A DNA stretch of 55,755 nt, taken from NCBI GenBank assembly GCA_030430425.1, contig JAUIFS010000002.1:1-55755 (forward strand), in the 5' to 3' direction. The stretch is from a bacterium (GTDB taxonomy: Bacteria; Patescibacteriota; Minisyncoccia; Phycocordibacterales; UBA918). The notes under the pieces are model-generated. The model had not been told where the DNA came from. It ran no database searches and was given only the letters and a program-made list of their open reading frames with translations. The stretch's first letter is position 1; each line of letters starts with the position of its first letter. Both the position numbers and the translations under genes were made by a program. This document shows, piece after piece, positions 55,714 to 55,755 of the stretch.

Positions 55714-55755
55714 AGTTGCTGTACAACCGTATTTTGCAGGGTATACTACCTATAT

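Noticed and set aside
1..55755. Alternative genetic code (TGA=Gly, code 25)
   Set aside because: Conserved genes are full length under code 11, and several end in TGA

Overview
This is a chromosomal segment of a reduced-genome bacterium using genetic code 11. Gene content and architecture suggest Patescibacteria/CPR, probably Parcubacteria (inference). Housekeeping genes include clpB, miaA, ahpC, parB, a Rel/SpoT homologue, topA, dprA, serS, an ftsQ-like gene, dus, dnaX, nrdB-nrdA, a DEAD-box helicase and dsbA/dsbB-like genes. There are four tRNAs (Tyr, Trp, Leu, Gln), none with an encoded CCA. The accessory content clusters around the tRNAs. Main observations: (1) an operon of three paralogous VirB2/TrbC-like pilins, each fused to a different peptidoglycan-hydrolase domain, interleaved with partner genes; (2) an orphan PemK/MazF toxin with a convergent, promoter- and terminator-bounded structured antisense RNA, next to tRNA-Tyr att-like repeats; (3) a hairpin-interrupted second copy of tRNA-Gln carrying a twice-repeated covarying RNA motif, followed by a HEPN-like gene; (4) a conserved fold-back element trailing tRNA-Tyr and tRNA-Trp; (5) a TrpR-like gene bracketed by two identical trp-operator-like palindromes; (6) an orphan DGR-target-like gene; (7) an ATP-cone-fused RNR beta subunit. 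All calls come from reading motifs by eye; no database searches were run.
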